DNA of 15,170 nt, from positions 1 to 15,170 of the forward strand of contig JBKJLC010000272.1 of NCBI GenBank assembly GCA_046597055.1. Reading direction: 5' to 3'. Position numbers and translations under genes: made by a program. The notes beneath the pieces were generated by a model. The model had not been told where the DNA came from, searched no databases, and worked only from the letters and a program-made list of their open reading frames with translations. The DNA comes from Kofleriaceae bacterium (lineage in GTDB: Bacteria > Myxococcota_A > Polyangia > Haliangiales > Haliangiaceae). Below are positions 1 to 9,453 of the stretch, piece by piece. The stretch's first letter is position 1, and the number at the start of each line of letters is the position of its first letter.

Positions 1-143
1 TCAAACTCCGATGCGAGAAGTCGCCGACGGGAACCGAGCCGCCCTGACTCTCGGTAGGATTTGGCGTGAGGCAACCGGACGCATCTCGGAGTAGGATTTT
101 GGCGTGAGGCAACACGATGGGGAGATCTAGTTGTCGCTCGGCA
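1..143. mobile_element. Probable terminal segment of a DDE transposon (Tn7/Mu-like or IS21-like); the element continues left of the window
   Basis: Read inward on the minus strand from 143, the sequence is TGCCGAGC-GACAACTAGATCT: a TG terminus, 8 bp, then GACAA, as in Tn7-type ends. Two internal 22-23 bp direct repeats follow (54-75, 91-113). The boundary falls where dioxygenase homology starts abruptly. No transposase is visible in the window. Confidence 0.6.
54..113 (+). repeat. Two-copy direct repeat GTAGGATTT(T)GGCGTGAGGCAAC
   Basis: Copies at 54-75 and 91-113 are identical except for one extra T and are separated by 15 bp. Both are preceded by TCTCG. Confidence 0.9.
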
Positions 144-775
144 CGCCGCTGACGATCGGCGCGACCACCCCGGTGCCGCTCGTCTACGACTTCTCCGGCT
201 TCCCCGACCGCTTCTACCAGTCGACCTATCCGGCGCCGGGCGCGCCAGCGGTGGCGGCGCTGGTGCGCGAACTGCTCGCGGCCTCGGGGCGCGCGGTCGC
301 CGAGGCGCCGACCCGCGGGCTCGACCACGGCGCGTACGTCCCGCTCATGTGCATGTATCCAGCCGCCGACGTGCCGGTGCTGCAGGTGTCGATGCCCGGC
401 CTCGATGCGCGCGCGCTGTTCGAGGTCGGCCGGGTGCTGGCGCCGCTGCGGCGCGAGGGCGTGCTGATCATCGGCAGTGGGTTCCTCACCCACAACATGC
501 GCTACGCGTTCATGAAGGGCGACCGGCCGGCGTGGGCGACCGAGTTCGATGCCTGGGCCGGCGACGCGCTGCTCCGGCGCGACGCCGGCGCGCTGATCGA
601 GTTCCGGCAGCGCGCGCCCGGCGCGAAGCTGGCGCTGCCAACCTGGGAGCACTACGCGCCGGTGCTGGTCTCCGCCGGCGCCGCCGCCGACGACGACACC
701 GCCCGTGTCACCTTCCCGATCACCGGCTGGTGGATGGACGGCGCCTTCACCAAGCGCTCGGTCCAGCTGGGCTGA
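144..775 (+). pseudogene. 5'-truncated class III extradiol ring-cleavage dioxygenase (YgiD/4,5-DOPA dioxygenase, LigB superfamily)
   Basis: Motifs YDFSGFP, YPAPGAP, RGLDHGAYVPL, DVPVLQVS, GVLIIGSGFLTHN and PTWEHYAP are present. The family's N-terminal HG and SAHW metal-ligand segments are missing. An in-frame TAG lies at 128-130, directly upstream. Confidence 0.85.
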
Positions 776-861
776 CCGGCTCGGTGTGTCGCTCAGATCA
801 GACGACGCTGCGCTGGCACATGGAACGGCCGCGATTTCGGCCCCGCACCGAGTCGCTGCGA

Positions 862-1632
862 TCAGCGCGTCGACGGCTCGAGCACGACCTCATCGACTGC
901 AGCCTGAAACTGCCAGGTCGTAACGGTAGTGCCCGAGTTGGTTCCGCCGACCGCGAGCAGCGGCAACGTCCACGCGTCGATCGGGGGAAGAGTGCTCACC
1001 GGGAGGGCGTCGGTGGCCAACGCGGTACGGCGGGAGTCCTTGAGCGAGAGCAGGGTGTGCTGGACGCCAGCGAGCGGAGGTCGGCTCAGCGGATTGCTCG
1101 TCAGGACCGAGAACTGATCGTCGTCGGTGGTCGCGTTGGCTACTGTGACTGTCATCTTGCCGCCGGCCGGATGAAACTCCCAGATACCGGCGTGGATCCA
1201 GAGGCCGTAGACCTCGCTCTGGCCGACTGGATGCAGGTACTCGAAGATGCCGGTACTGGCCGACGTGTTGGTGTCGACCAATGTCGGCGAGTACACGGCA
1301 CGACCCCAGACGCGGTCGCCGACGGAAATGGTCCCGGAGAGCGCGCGTTCGGGATCGTCGACCACCGTGACTTTGGCGCGATATCGGATCACCACCGAAC
1401 CGGGCGGATGGACCCGACAGATGTCCGGGCAGCCGGCCGTGCCGTCGCAGTCCTCACCATCATCGATGGTGCCGTTCCCGCAGTTCACTGGAAGCTGTGC
1501 GTCGGCTCCCATGTCTACCGACGCGTCGGGCGGAACGACTGGCCCACCGTCGACGGCCACCGAGGAGACCTCACCACATCCAACACCAGTAACGCAAAAC
1601 ACAACAAAAGTGGCTAGAGATAAAGCTTTCAC
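862..1632 (-). CDS. Putative lipoprotein with one myxobacterial Cys-rich repeat and a beta-rich C-terminal domain
   Basis: 256 aa with a GTG start. The signal peptide MKALSLATFVVFCVTGVGC ends in a lipobox-like Cys. A D/A/P linker precedes CGNGTIDDGEDCDG...CPDIC, which resembles the Myxococcus cysteine-rich (DUF4215-type) repeat. Confidence 0.75.
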   Translation of the reverse strand: MKALSLATFVVFCVTGVGCGEVSSVAVDGGPVVPPDASVDMGADAQLPVNCGNGTIDDGEDCDGTAGCPDICRVHPPGSVVIRYRAKVTVVDDPERALSGTISVGDRVWGRAVYSPTLVDTNTSASTGIFEYLHPVGQSEVYGLWIHAGIWEFHPAGGKMTVTVANATTDDDQFSVLTSNPLSRPPLAGVQHTLLSLKDSRRTALATDALPVSTLPPIDAWTLPLLAVGGTNSGTTVTTWQFQAAVDEVVLEPSTR

Positions 1633-1757
1633 GCGAACATACTACCGGACCCCGCGCGATTCGCTCCATCATTCGCGTGACTGCGCCAATTACCAGTTTG
1701 CCTGGCATAGCCGCACAAGAAACCAAGAGATCTTGGCAGACGGCCCGCTACCTCTCG

Positions 1758-2465
1758 TCAGGACACGACGCCGTAGACGTTGCGGGCCTGCCGCTGAAGC
1801 TCGATGCCGTCGCGGATCTGCTCGAAGAGCTGGCGCGAGGCGGGCAGGCCGATGATCTCGAGGTGCGGGGTCGAGACGTCGGCGGTGAAGATCTCGATGT
1901 GGGCGATGCCGAGGATGCGGTCGATCAGGCTCTGCTTGTAGCGAACATCGCGGCAGCGCCAGAGCTCGAGGACGTCGATCTTCTTCGAGAGGATGCCGCG
2001 CTCGGTCTCGATGTTGCTGGTCGTGACCCGGAAGCGGACCGACTTCCGGTAGAAGTACAGGATGGCGAAGTAGATCGCCGCGAGCGCGAGCAGGACCGCG
2101 TACACGAGCACCTGCGTGTTCTGCGGCGCCTCGAGCCAGCCCAGGATCTTGTAGAAGAGCGCCGGCACCAGCACCGCGCCGAGCACGCCGACGAAGTAGT
2201 GGCTGAAGTACGCGCGCCACGACGGCGCGCCGTCGTAGAGGACCTTGCGGTCACGAGGCGTCTCGGCATGGTGCCCCGCCGCATGCTGCGCGAACGGTGG
2301 CACGCCGGCCGGGGCCATCGCCGGTAGCGGTGCCGCCACCGGCACCGGGGTCTCGGCCCCGGCTACCGGCGCCGCGCCGGGCGCGGCGCTGACGAAGGAC
2401 CCGCAGTGGCGACACTTGATCGCCTCGTCCTGGATCTCCTCGGCGCAAAACGGGCATTTCTTCAT
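1758..2465 (-). CDS. Membrane protein with an N-terminal zinc ribbon and a C-terminal bacterial PH (bPH_2/YdbS-like) domain
   Basis: Starts CPFCAEEIQDEAIKCRHCG (two CxxC motifs), then an Ala/Pro linker and two hydrophobic helices. The segment FRVTTSNIETERGILSKKIDVLELWRCRDVRYKQSLIDRILGI is typical of bPH_2. Confidence 0.88.
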   Translation of the reverse strand: MKKCPFCAEEIQDEAIKCRHCGSFVSAAPGAAPVAGAETPVPVAAPLPAMAPAGVPPFAQHAAGHHAETPRDRKVLYDGAPSWRAYFSHYFVGVLGAVLVPALFYKILGWLEAPQNTQVLVYAVLLALAAIYFAILYFYRKSVRFRVTTSNIETERGILSKKIDVLELWRCRDVRYKQSLIDRILGIAHIEIFTADVSTPHLEIIGLPASRQLFEQIRDGIELQRQARNVYGVVS

Positions 2466-2515
2466 CGCCCGGTCATCCTACCACCGGCGGCCGCGGGCGC
2501 CGCGGCCGGCTCTGG

Positions 2516-3658
2516 CTACATCCGGTAGCCGAGGCCGACCGTGAACTCGAAGCGCGTGAAGGCTCCGATCTCTTCCTTGAAGCCCTCCTTGGCCGGCGCG
2601 TACGAGAAGCCGACCGGCGTGATCGCGGCCGCGATGTTCTTGGTGATCGCGTACTCGCCGGTGAGGCCGACCCGGACCGCCGGCATGAGCAGCGTGCTCG
2701 TCGGGGCGGTGCCGTTCGTGATGAACGGGTTGCCCTCGCCGAGACCGCCGAACAGCAGCACGCCGCCGCCCAGCTCGCCGCGGAGCAAGATCTTGGGGGC
2801 GACCTCGAACGTCGCGCCCACGTTGGCGAAGATCGTCGTGAAGGAGGCATTGCCCTCCTGGCCCATCATCGACCCCGCCCACGGGATCGGCGAGAAGCCG
2901 ATCGCCACACCGGCGTCGATCACGAGCTTCTCGCCGACCGGAATCGGGTAGCCGGCGCCTAGCGCGATCGAGACCTGCATCGGGATCTTCTCGGCGAGGT
3001 CCCCGGCGCCGATCATGGCTCCGCCGAAGCCGGCGTGCGCCGTGATCGTCTTGGGCTGACCGGTGACCTCGGGGTCCTCCTCCTCCTCCTCGCCGTCGTC
3101 GACCTGGCCGTCCCCGGGGCCGCCGGGAGTCGCGACCCGGCCGTCGCCGGGCGGCGTGCCGGTCGGGCCCACCGGCGTGGTCGTGCCGTCGCCGGTCGGC
3201 AGGCCGGTGATCGGGGCGTCGGGCTCCTGGGTGCCTTCCGGCGGCCGGCTCCGGATCTCAGCCTGCGTCTTGACGCAGGTCTCGAGGGTCTTGATGTGCC
3301 CCTCGACCTCCGCCTTCTTCTCCGCGGGCGCGTCCTTCTTCACCGACAGGAAACGCTTGTAGAAGAAGAGCGCCTGCTTGCAGTCGTCGAGCTGGCGATA
3401 CGCCGAGGCGACGTTGTAGAGGAAGGCCCCGTCGCCCCACTCCTCGTACGCCTTCTTGAACGAGTCGGCCGCCTTCTGGAAGTTGCCGAGGTCGAACTGC
3501 TTACGACCGTCGTCGTAGTAGTACTTGGCCCGCTCCTTGGGATCCTTCGACGTTGGCTGGGCCGCGGCGATCCGGACCGTGGTGGCGGTGCCGACCGCGC
3601 CGAGCGCGGTCCCGGCGATGGCGGCAGCGATCCAGTGCTTCAGGGTCTTCTTCTTCAT
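2516..3658 (-). CDS. Exported TPR-repeat protein with a C-terminal putative outer-membrane beta-barrel
   Basis: Likely start is MKKKTLK at 3658, with a signal peptide ending near AAA-Q. TPR helices follow (AKYYYDDGRKQFDLGNFQKAADSFKKAY; FLYNVASAYRQLDDCKQALFFYKRFL), then a Pro/Gly/Thr and acidic linker. The C-terminus has alternating amphipathic strands ending FEFTVGLGYRM. Confidence 0.82.
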   Translation of the reverse strand: MKKKTLKHWIAAAIAGTALGAVGTATTVRIAAAQPTSKDPKERAKYYYDDGRKQFDLGNFQKAADSFKKAYEEWGDGAFLYNVASAYRQLDDCKQALFFYKRFLSVKKDAPAEKKAEVEGHIKTLETCVKTQAEIRSRPPEGTQEPDAPITGLPTGDGTTTPVGPTGTPPGDGRVATPGGPGDGQVDDGEEEEEDPEVTGQPKTITAHAGFGGAMIGAGDLAEKIPMQVSIALGAGYPIPVGEKLVIDAGVAIGFSPIPWAGSMMGQEGNASFTTIFANVGATFEVAPKILLRGELGGGVLLFGGLGEGNPFITNGTAPTSTLLMPAVRVGLTGEYAITKNIAAAITPVGFSYAPAKEGFKEEIGAFTRFEFTVGLGYRM

Positions 3659-3664
3659 AGGCCT

Positions 3665-3733
3665 GTCCTGAGCCCCGTCGAAGGGCACGTCGTGAGCCCG
3701 CCGTCGGGCCGGTCCTGAGCCCCGTCGAAGGGC
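3665..3733. repeat. Tandem pair of REP-like 22-mers GTCCTGAGCCCCGTCGAAGGGC
   Basis: Perfect copies at 3665-3686 and 3712-3733 (47 bp period) in the gap between the kinase and TPR genes. Each copy is an imperfect palindrome, and related copies occur at 14960-15116. Confidence 0.85.
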
Positions 3734-3761
3734 GGCGTCGAGTCGAGGTGACCAGGTCGGG

Positions 3762-5555
<1,794 letters not shown>

Positions 5556-5716
5556 TCAATTCTCCCGCGGCCCGATTCTAACGCATGTCCGCACGTTCGG
5601 GCTCGACGTATGACCGAAGAAGCGGCGTCGTTCTTGGACCTGCGACCGCGGTCGGGGGCCTGGTCCGTTCGCGGATTTTTCGCGCCATCAGGGGTCGCGT
5701 GTTAGCGTCGCGATCG

Positions 5717-6661
5717 ATGCGCTTCGGCCCGTTTGTGACACGGTCGATGATCACCGGTGTGCTCGCGATCGCGCTGGCGGCGGTGGTGGTGGGAGCTGGG
5801 CTCACGTCCGCGCGGGCCGAGAACCTCTCGAAACTGCCTGACATTCGCTCGAAGGCTGCGGTCGTGCTCGACGTTCGCACCGGCGCCGAGATCTGGAGCA
5901 AGAACGCGGACGAGGTCCGGGCGATCGCCTCGACCACGAAGATCTTCGTCGCGATGGCGGTGCGCCGGAAGGGCATGGCGCTCGACGGCTGGACCGAGAT
6001 CGTGCGCGAGGATGCCCGGGCGGCAACGGGCGGCAGCCGAACCCGCCTCGATCTCGGTCAGACGTTCAAGAACCGCGATCTGCTGCGCGCGATGCTGATG
6101 GCGAGTGACAACCGCGCGCCGACCGCGCTCGGCCGCGCCGCGGGGCTCGACCGCGCCGCGCTGATCGCGGAGATGAACGCGACCGCCCGGGAGCTCGGGC
6201 TCAAGAAGACGCGGTTCACCGACACGTCGGGGCTCCGCGGCAACGTGTCGACCGCGCGTGAGATGGGCCTGGCGCTGCGCGCGGCCCTGCGCGATCCGGT
6301 GCTGGCCGAGATCATGGGGACCTCGTGGGCGACTGTCACGTCGAAGAGCGGCTACGCCAAGCTCCAGTACGGCTCGACCAACGCGCCCCTGGTGGTGGGC
6401 AAGTACAAGGTGACCGGCGGCAAGACCGGCTACACCCGCGCCGCCGGCTACTGCTTCGTCACCGGGGCCGAGGTCGGGGGCCGCGGCTACGTGCTGGTGT
6501 TCCTCGGCGCCGAGGGCAAGCAGACCCGCTTCGTCGACTTCAACCGGGTCGCCGGCTGGCTGGCCGCCGGTGCGCCCGGCGGCGCGCTGCGGCCGCGTGC
6601 GACCAAGGCCGCGGCCAGCGCCCCGGTGCGCAAGCGCGCCCGCGGAACCGCAAGGCGCTGA
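5717..6661 (+). CDS. Peptidase S11 D-alanyl-D-alanine carboxypeptidase/endopeptidase (PBP7/PbpG-like)
   Basis: SxxK (ASTTK), SxN (SDN) and KTG (KTGYT) motifs plus an N-terminal hydrophobic signal. The start is more likely ATG 5717 or 5747 than 5585. There is no PBP5-type C-terminal domain; the tail is basic. Confidence 0.92.
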   Translation: MRFGPFVTRSMITGVLAIALAAVVVGAGLTSARAENLSKLPDIRSKAAVVLDVRTGAEIWSKNADEVRAIASTTKIFVAMAVRRKGMALDGWTEIVREDARAATGGSRTRLDLGQTFKNRDLLRAMLMASDNRAPTALGRAAGLDRAALIAEMNATARELGLKKTRFTDTSGLRGNVSTAREMGLALRAALRDPVLAEIMGTSWATVTSKSGYAKLQYGSTNAPLVVGKYKVTGGKTGYTRAAGYCFVTGAEVGGRGYVLVFLGAEGKQTRFVDFNRVAGWLAAGAPGGALRPRATKAAASAPVRKRARGTARR

Positions 6662-6684
6662 CCGGTTCACGCTAAGCTGGGCCG

Positions 6685-8091
6685 GTGATCGACCGCCGCG
6701 AGCTCCTGCGCAGCCTCGGCGCCGGCGCGGCGCTGGCGGCGCTGGCGCCGCTGACGGCGCTGTCCGGCTGCGGGCCCAGCGGCTCGCGCGCGGGTCCGGT
6801 GACAGCGACCCCGCGCGCGCCGGTGCGGATGGCCCTGCGCGAGGCGGTCGAGCGGATGAGCGAGCGGCTGGAGCGCCCGACCGCATACCTGCTGGTGCGG
6901 CGGCGGGTGCGCGCGCTGGTCGCCGCCGGTCAGGCCGAGGTCGCCGACGAGCAGATGACCGTGGTGGTGCTGGCCGGCACCACCGGCGGCCGCCGGGTCG
7001 AGCGCGCGTTCGACGAGATCGACCTGGCGCGGATCGCGTCGGTCTCGGCCGAGCTGGCGGCGGGCGCGCGCGGGCCGCGCCGGCCGCGGGTCGCGCTCGC
7101 GGCGCCGCTCGATCGCAAGGCCGCGCTCGCGCTGGATCCGGCCACGCTGACCGCCCGCGACTGGCTCGATCGGGCCCGCTCGATCGCCGCGCGGGGCGAG
7201 CAGATGTCGTCGAGCCGGCTCATCTACCGCGCGTCGTACCTGGCCTGCGACGACGACCGGGTGTGGGTCGTGAGCGAGGCCGGTGACCGCGGCCAGCGGC
7301 TGGTGCGGACCCGGTTGGGCACCAGCTTCATCGCCTGGCACGGCAGCGAGCCGATGGCCGGCGAGGCCCAGTTCGCCGGGTCGGTGGGGCCCGCGCCGGA
7401 GCTGCTCGCCGACGCCGCGATCGCGGTGGCCGCGGCCGAGGCTCTCGCGCTGTTCACGCCGACCGCCCCGCCGACCGGCCCGCGCACGGTCCTGCTCGCG
7501 CCGACCGTGGTCGCCCTGGTGCTCGAGCGGGCGATCGGGATCGTGCTCGCCGGCGGCGGCCGCCCACCGGCGGCGGCGCTCACGATCGGCGACGACCCGA
7601 CCGCCCGCGGCTACGGCAGCTACGGCCACGACGACGACGGCGCGCCGGCGGCGGCGACCCGGCTGGTCGAGGGCGGCGCGGTGGTGGGACGGCTCGGCGC
7701 CGGCAACGCGCGCCGGTGCGGGCCGACCTGGCGGCTGGTCACCGCGCCGTCGAACCTGATCGTCGCGCCCGGGCCCCGGCCGGTGGCCGAGCTCGAGGCC
7801 GGCATCGAGGACGGCGTGATCGTCACCGCGCCGCGCGGGGTCGACGTCGACCACGCCGGCGTGCTGGTGGTGCGCGCGCGCGCCAGCGAGGTCAGCAAGG
7901 GACGGCGCACCGGACGCGCGTGGGAGGACGTCGAGCTGCGGGCCAGCGTGCACGACCTGCTCGCCGGCGTGACCGGGGTCGCCGCCGAGCGCGCGGCCCT
8001 CGCCATCGCCGACGACGGTCCGCCGCGGTCGGTGGTGGCACCGTGGCTGGTGACCCAGGCCGTCCTCGGCTCGGCGCGAGGCGCGGGATGA
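6685..8091 (+). CDS. TldD-like (TldD/PmbA family) protein with a Tat-lipoprotein signal; predicted catalytically inactive
   Basis: DRRELL twin-arginine motif and LSGC lipobox. Family motifs LTIGDDPT, GYGSYGHDDDG, LVEGG, GNARR and PSNLIVAPG are present. The HExxGH position reads ERAIGI. Confidence 0.8.
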   Translation: MIDRRELLRSLGAGAALAALAPLTALSGCGPSGSRAGPVTATPRAPVRMALREAVERMSERLERPTAYLLVRRRVRALVAAGQAEVADEQMTVVVLAGTTGGRRVERAFDEIDLARIASVSAELAAGARGPRRPRVALAAPLDRKAALALDPATLTARDWLDRARSIAARGEQMSSSRLIYRASYLACDDDRVWVVSEAGDRGQRLVRTRLGTSFIAWHGSEPMAGEAQFAGSVGPAPELLADAAIAVAAAEALALFTPTAPPTGPRTVLLAPTVVALVLERAIGIVLAGGGRPPAAALTIGDDPTARGYGSYGHDDDGAPAAATRLVEGGAVVGRLGAGNARRCGPTWRLVTAPSNLIVAPGPRPVAELEAGIEDGVIVTAPRGVDVDHAGVLVVRARASEVSKGRRTGRAWEDVELRASVHDLLAGVTGVAAERAALAIADDGPPRSVVAPWLVTQAVLGSARGAG

Positions 8092-9374
8092 ACGACCTGC
8101 GCGATCTGGTGGCGGCGCTGGGTCAGGTCCAGGTGGTGAGCGACTGGGCCGCGCGCGCGACCGCGACCCGCACCGCGTGGCTGGCCCGCGACCCGGGCGG
8201 CGCGCACAGCGGCGAGCGCAGCGCGCACGTGCTGGCGGCGCAGCTGCACCGCGACGTACCCGCAGGCCGGGGCAGCGCGTCGTTCGCGGTCGGCCCCGAC
8301 ACGCCGCTCGCGATCGTGATCGCGGACGGCGCCAGCCGCGCGCTTGCGTCGGTCGGGCCGTCGTGGCGGTCGGCGCCGGCGGCCGCGGCCGCGAAGGTGA
8401 TCGTCGCCGATCCCGACGTGTCCGCGGCCGCGCTCGCCGGGCTGCCCGACCGGGTCGCCGCCGACCTCGACCTCGCGGTCCGCAGCGCCGGGGCCCGGGT
8501 GGTCGCGCTCGACCTCGCGATCGAGCTGACCGAGGTGCGGCTGGCCACCTCGCGCGGGCTCGATGCGGCCTGGGCCGCGACCCGCTTCGTCCTCGACGCC
8601 ACCCTCGCGCGCGGCGGGGTCCGTGCCCGCATCCAGCACCGCACCCGGCGCCGCCGCGACCTGGTCCCGGGCGACGCGATCGTCGAGGCGCTCGGCCGCG
8701 CCGAGCGGCGCGCCCACGCGCGGCCGATCGAACCGGGCAGCTACCAGGTGCTCGCGCGCGCCTCGGCGTTCCTGCACGGCGGTCGCGGTCTGCTCGCCGC
8801 GCTGGTGGGCCAGGCCGATCCGGCGCTCGAGCGCCAGGGGCTGGTGCGCTACCGGCCCGGCCAGGCGATCGCGCCCGGTTCGACCGCGGTCCCCGATCCG
8901 CTGACGATGTCGAGCGACGGCGCCATGCCGTTCGGCCTGCACTCGGCGCCGCTCGGCGAACACGGCGAGCCGGTCCGTCGCTTCGAGCTGGTGACCCGGG
9001 GTGTCGCGCGCGGGCTCGCCCTCGACGTCCGCGAGGCCTACGCGCGCGGGGCCCAGCCCAACGGCGGCGTTCGCGGTCTGGTGGTGGCCGCCGGTGACAT
9101 CGCCGCTGCCGACCTGGTGCGCCGGAGCTCGCCGGCGCTCGTGATCGACGAGCTCGACTGGCTCGAGCTCGCGCCGGTCACCGGCCACTTCCGCGCCGCG
9201 ATCGGGCTCGCCACGCTGGTCGCGGGCGTTCGGCGCACCGACGTCACCGGCATGCTCGTCCGCGGCGATGCGATCGCGGCGCTGGCGCTGGGCCGGCGCT
9301 CCTCGGACGCCGCCGCGAGCGCTGAGTACCGGGGCCCGGCGCTGTGGGCGCTCGGCGAGCTGCGGGTCGACTGA
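8088..9374 (+). CDS. TldE/PmbA-like protein (428 aa)
   Basis: ATG 8088 overlaps the upstream TGA (ATGA coupling). The C-terminal half matches the PmbA/TldE pattern: PGSYQVL...LTMSSDG...GLHSAPLGEHGEPVRRFELVTRGV...GAQPNGG. Confidence 0.75.
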   Translation: MNDLRDLVAALGQVQVVSDWAARATATRTAWLARDPGGAHSGERSAHVLAAQLHRDVPAGRGSASFAVGPDTPLAIVIADGASRALASVGPSWRSAPAAAAAKVIVADPDVSAAALAGLPDRVAADLDLAVRSAGARVVALDLAIELTEVRLATSRGLDAAWAATRFVLDATLARGGVRARIQHRTRRRRDLVPGDAIVEALGRAERRAHARPIEPGSYQVLARASAFLHGGRGLLAALVGQADPALERQGLVRYRPGQAIAPGSTAVPDPLTMSSDGAMPFGLHSAPLGEHGEPVRRFELVTRGVARGLALDVREAYARGAQPNGGVRGLVVAAGDIAAADLVRRSSPALVIDELDWLELAPVTGHFRAAIGLATLVAGVRRTDVTGMLVRGDAIAALALGRRSSDAAASAEYRGPALWALGELRVD

Positions 9375-9453
9375 TCGCACCGCGATCGGCGCGCCGCACC
9401 CGCGGTCGCGACGACCGGCCGCGGTCGCGGCGCGCGTGCCAGACTCGCAGGAT

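Noticed and set aside
54..113. Two repeats with a 15-bp spacer read as a mini CRISPR array or CAST homing crRNA
   Set aside because: Only two short non-palindromic copies and no cas genes in view. I found no match of the spacer to the insertion site or the tRNA.
131..143. TTG at 131 as the real start of an intact dioxygenase
   Set aside because: The product would lack the N-terminal metal-binding histidines, and the TTG lies inside the putative transposon end. A GGAG at 121-124 could allow some translation of the fragment.
3659..3688. N-terminal extension MPFDGAQDRP of the TPR protein
   Set aside because: It is simply the translation of the REP-like repeat. The signal peptide begins at MKKK (3658).
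3665..3733. CRISPR array
   Set aside because: Only two 22-bp copies. The same motif recurs dispersed and inverted near 15 kb, which is REP-like behaviour.
5585..5716. Long N-terminal extension of the S11 peptidase
   Set aside because: It would bury the signal peptide and leave only about 30 bp for divergent promoters.
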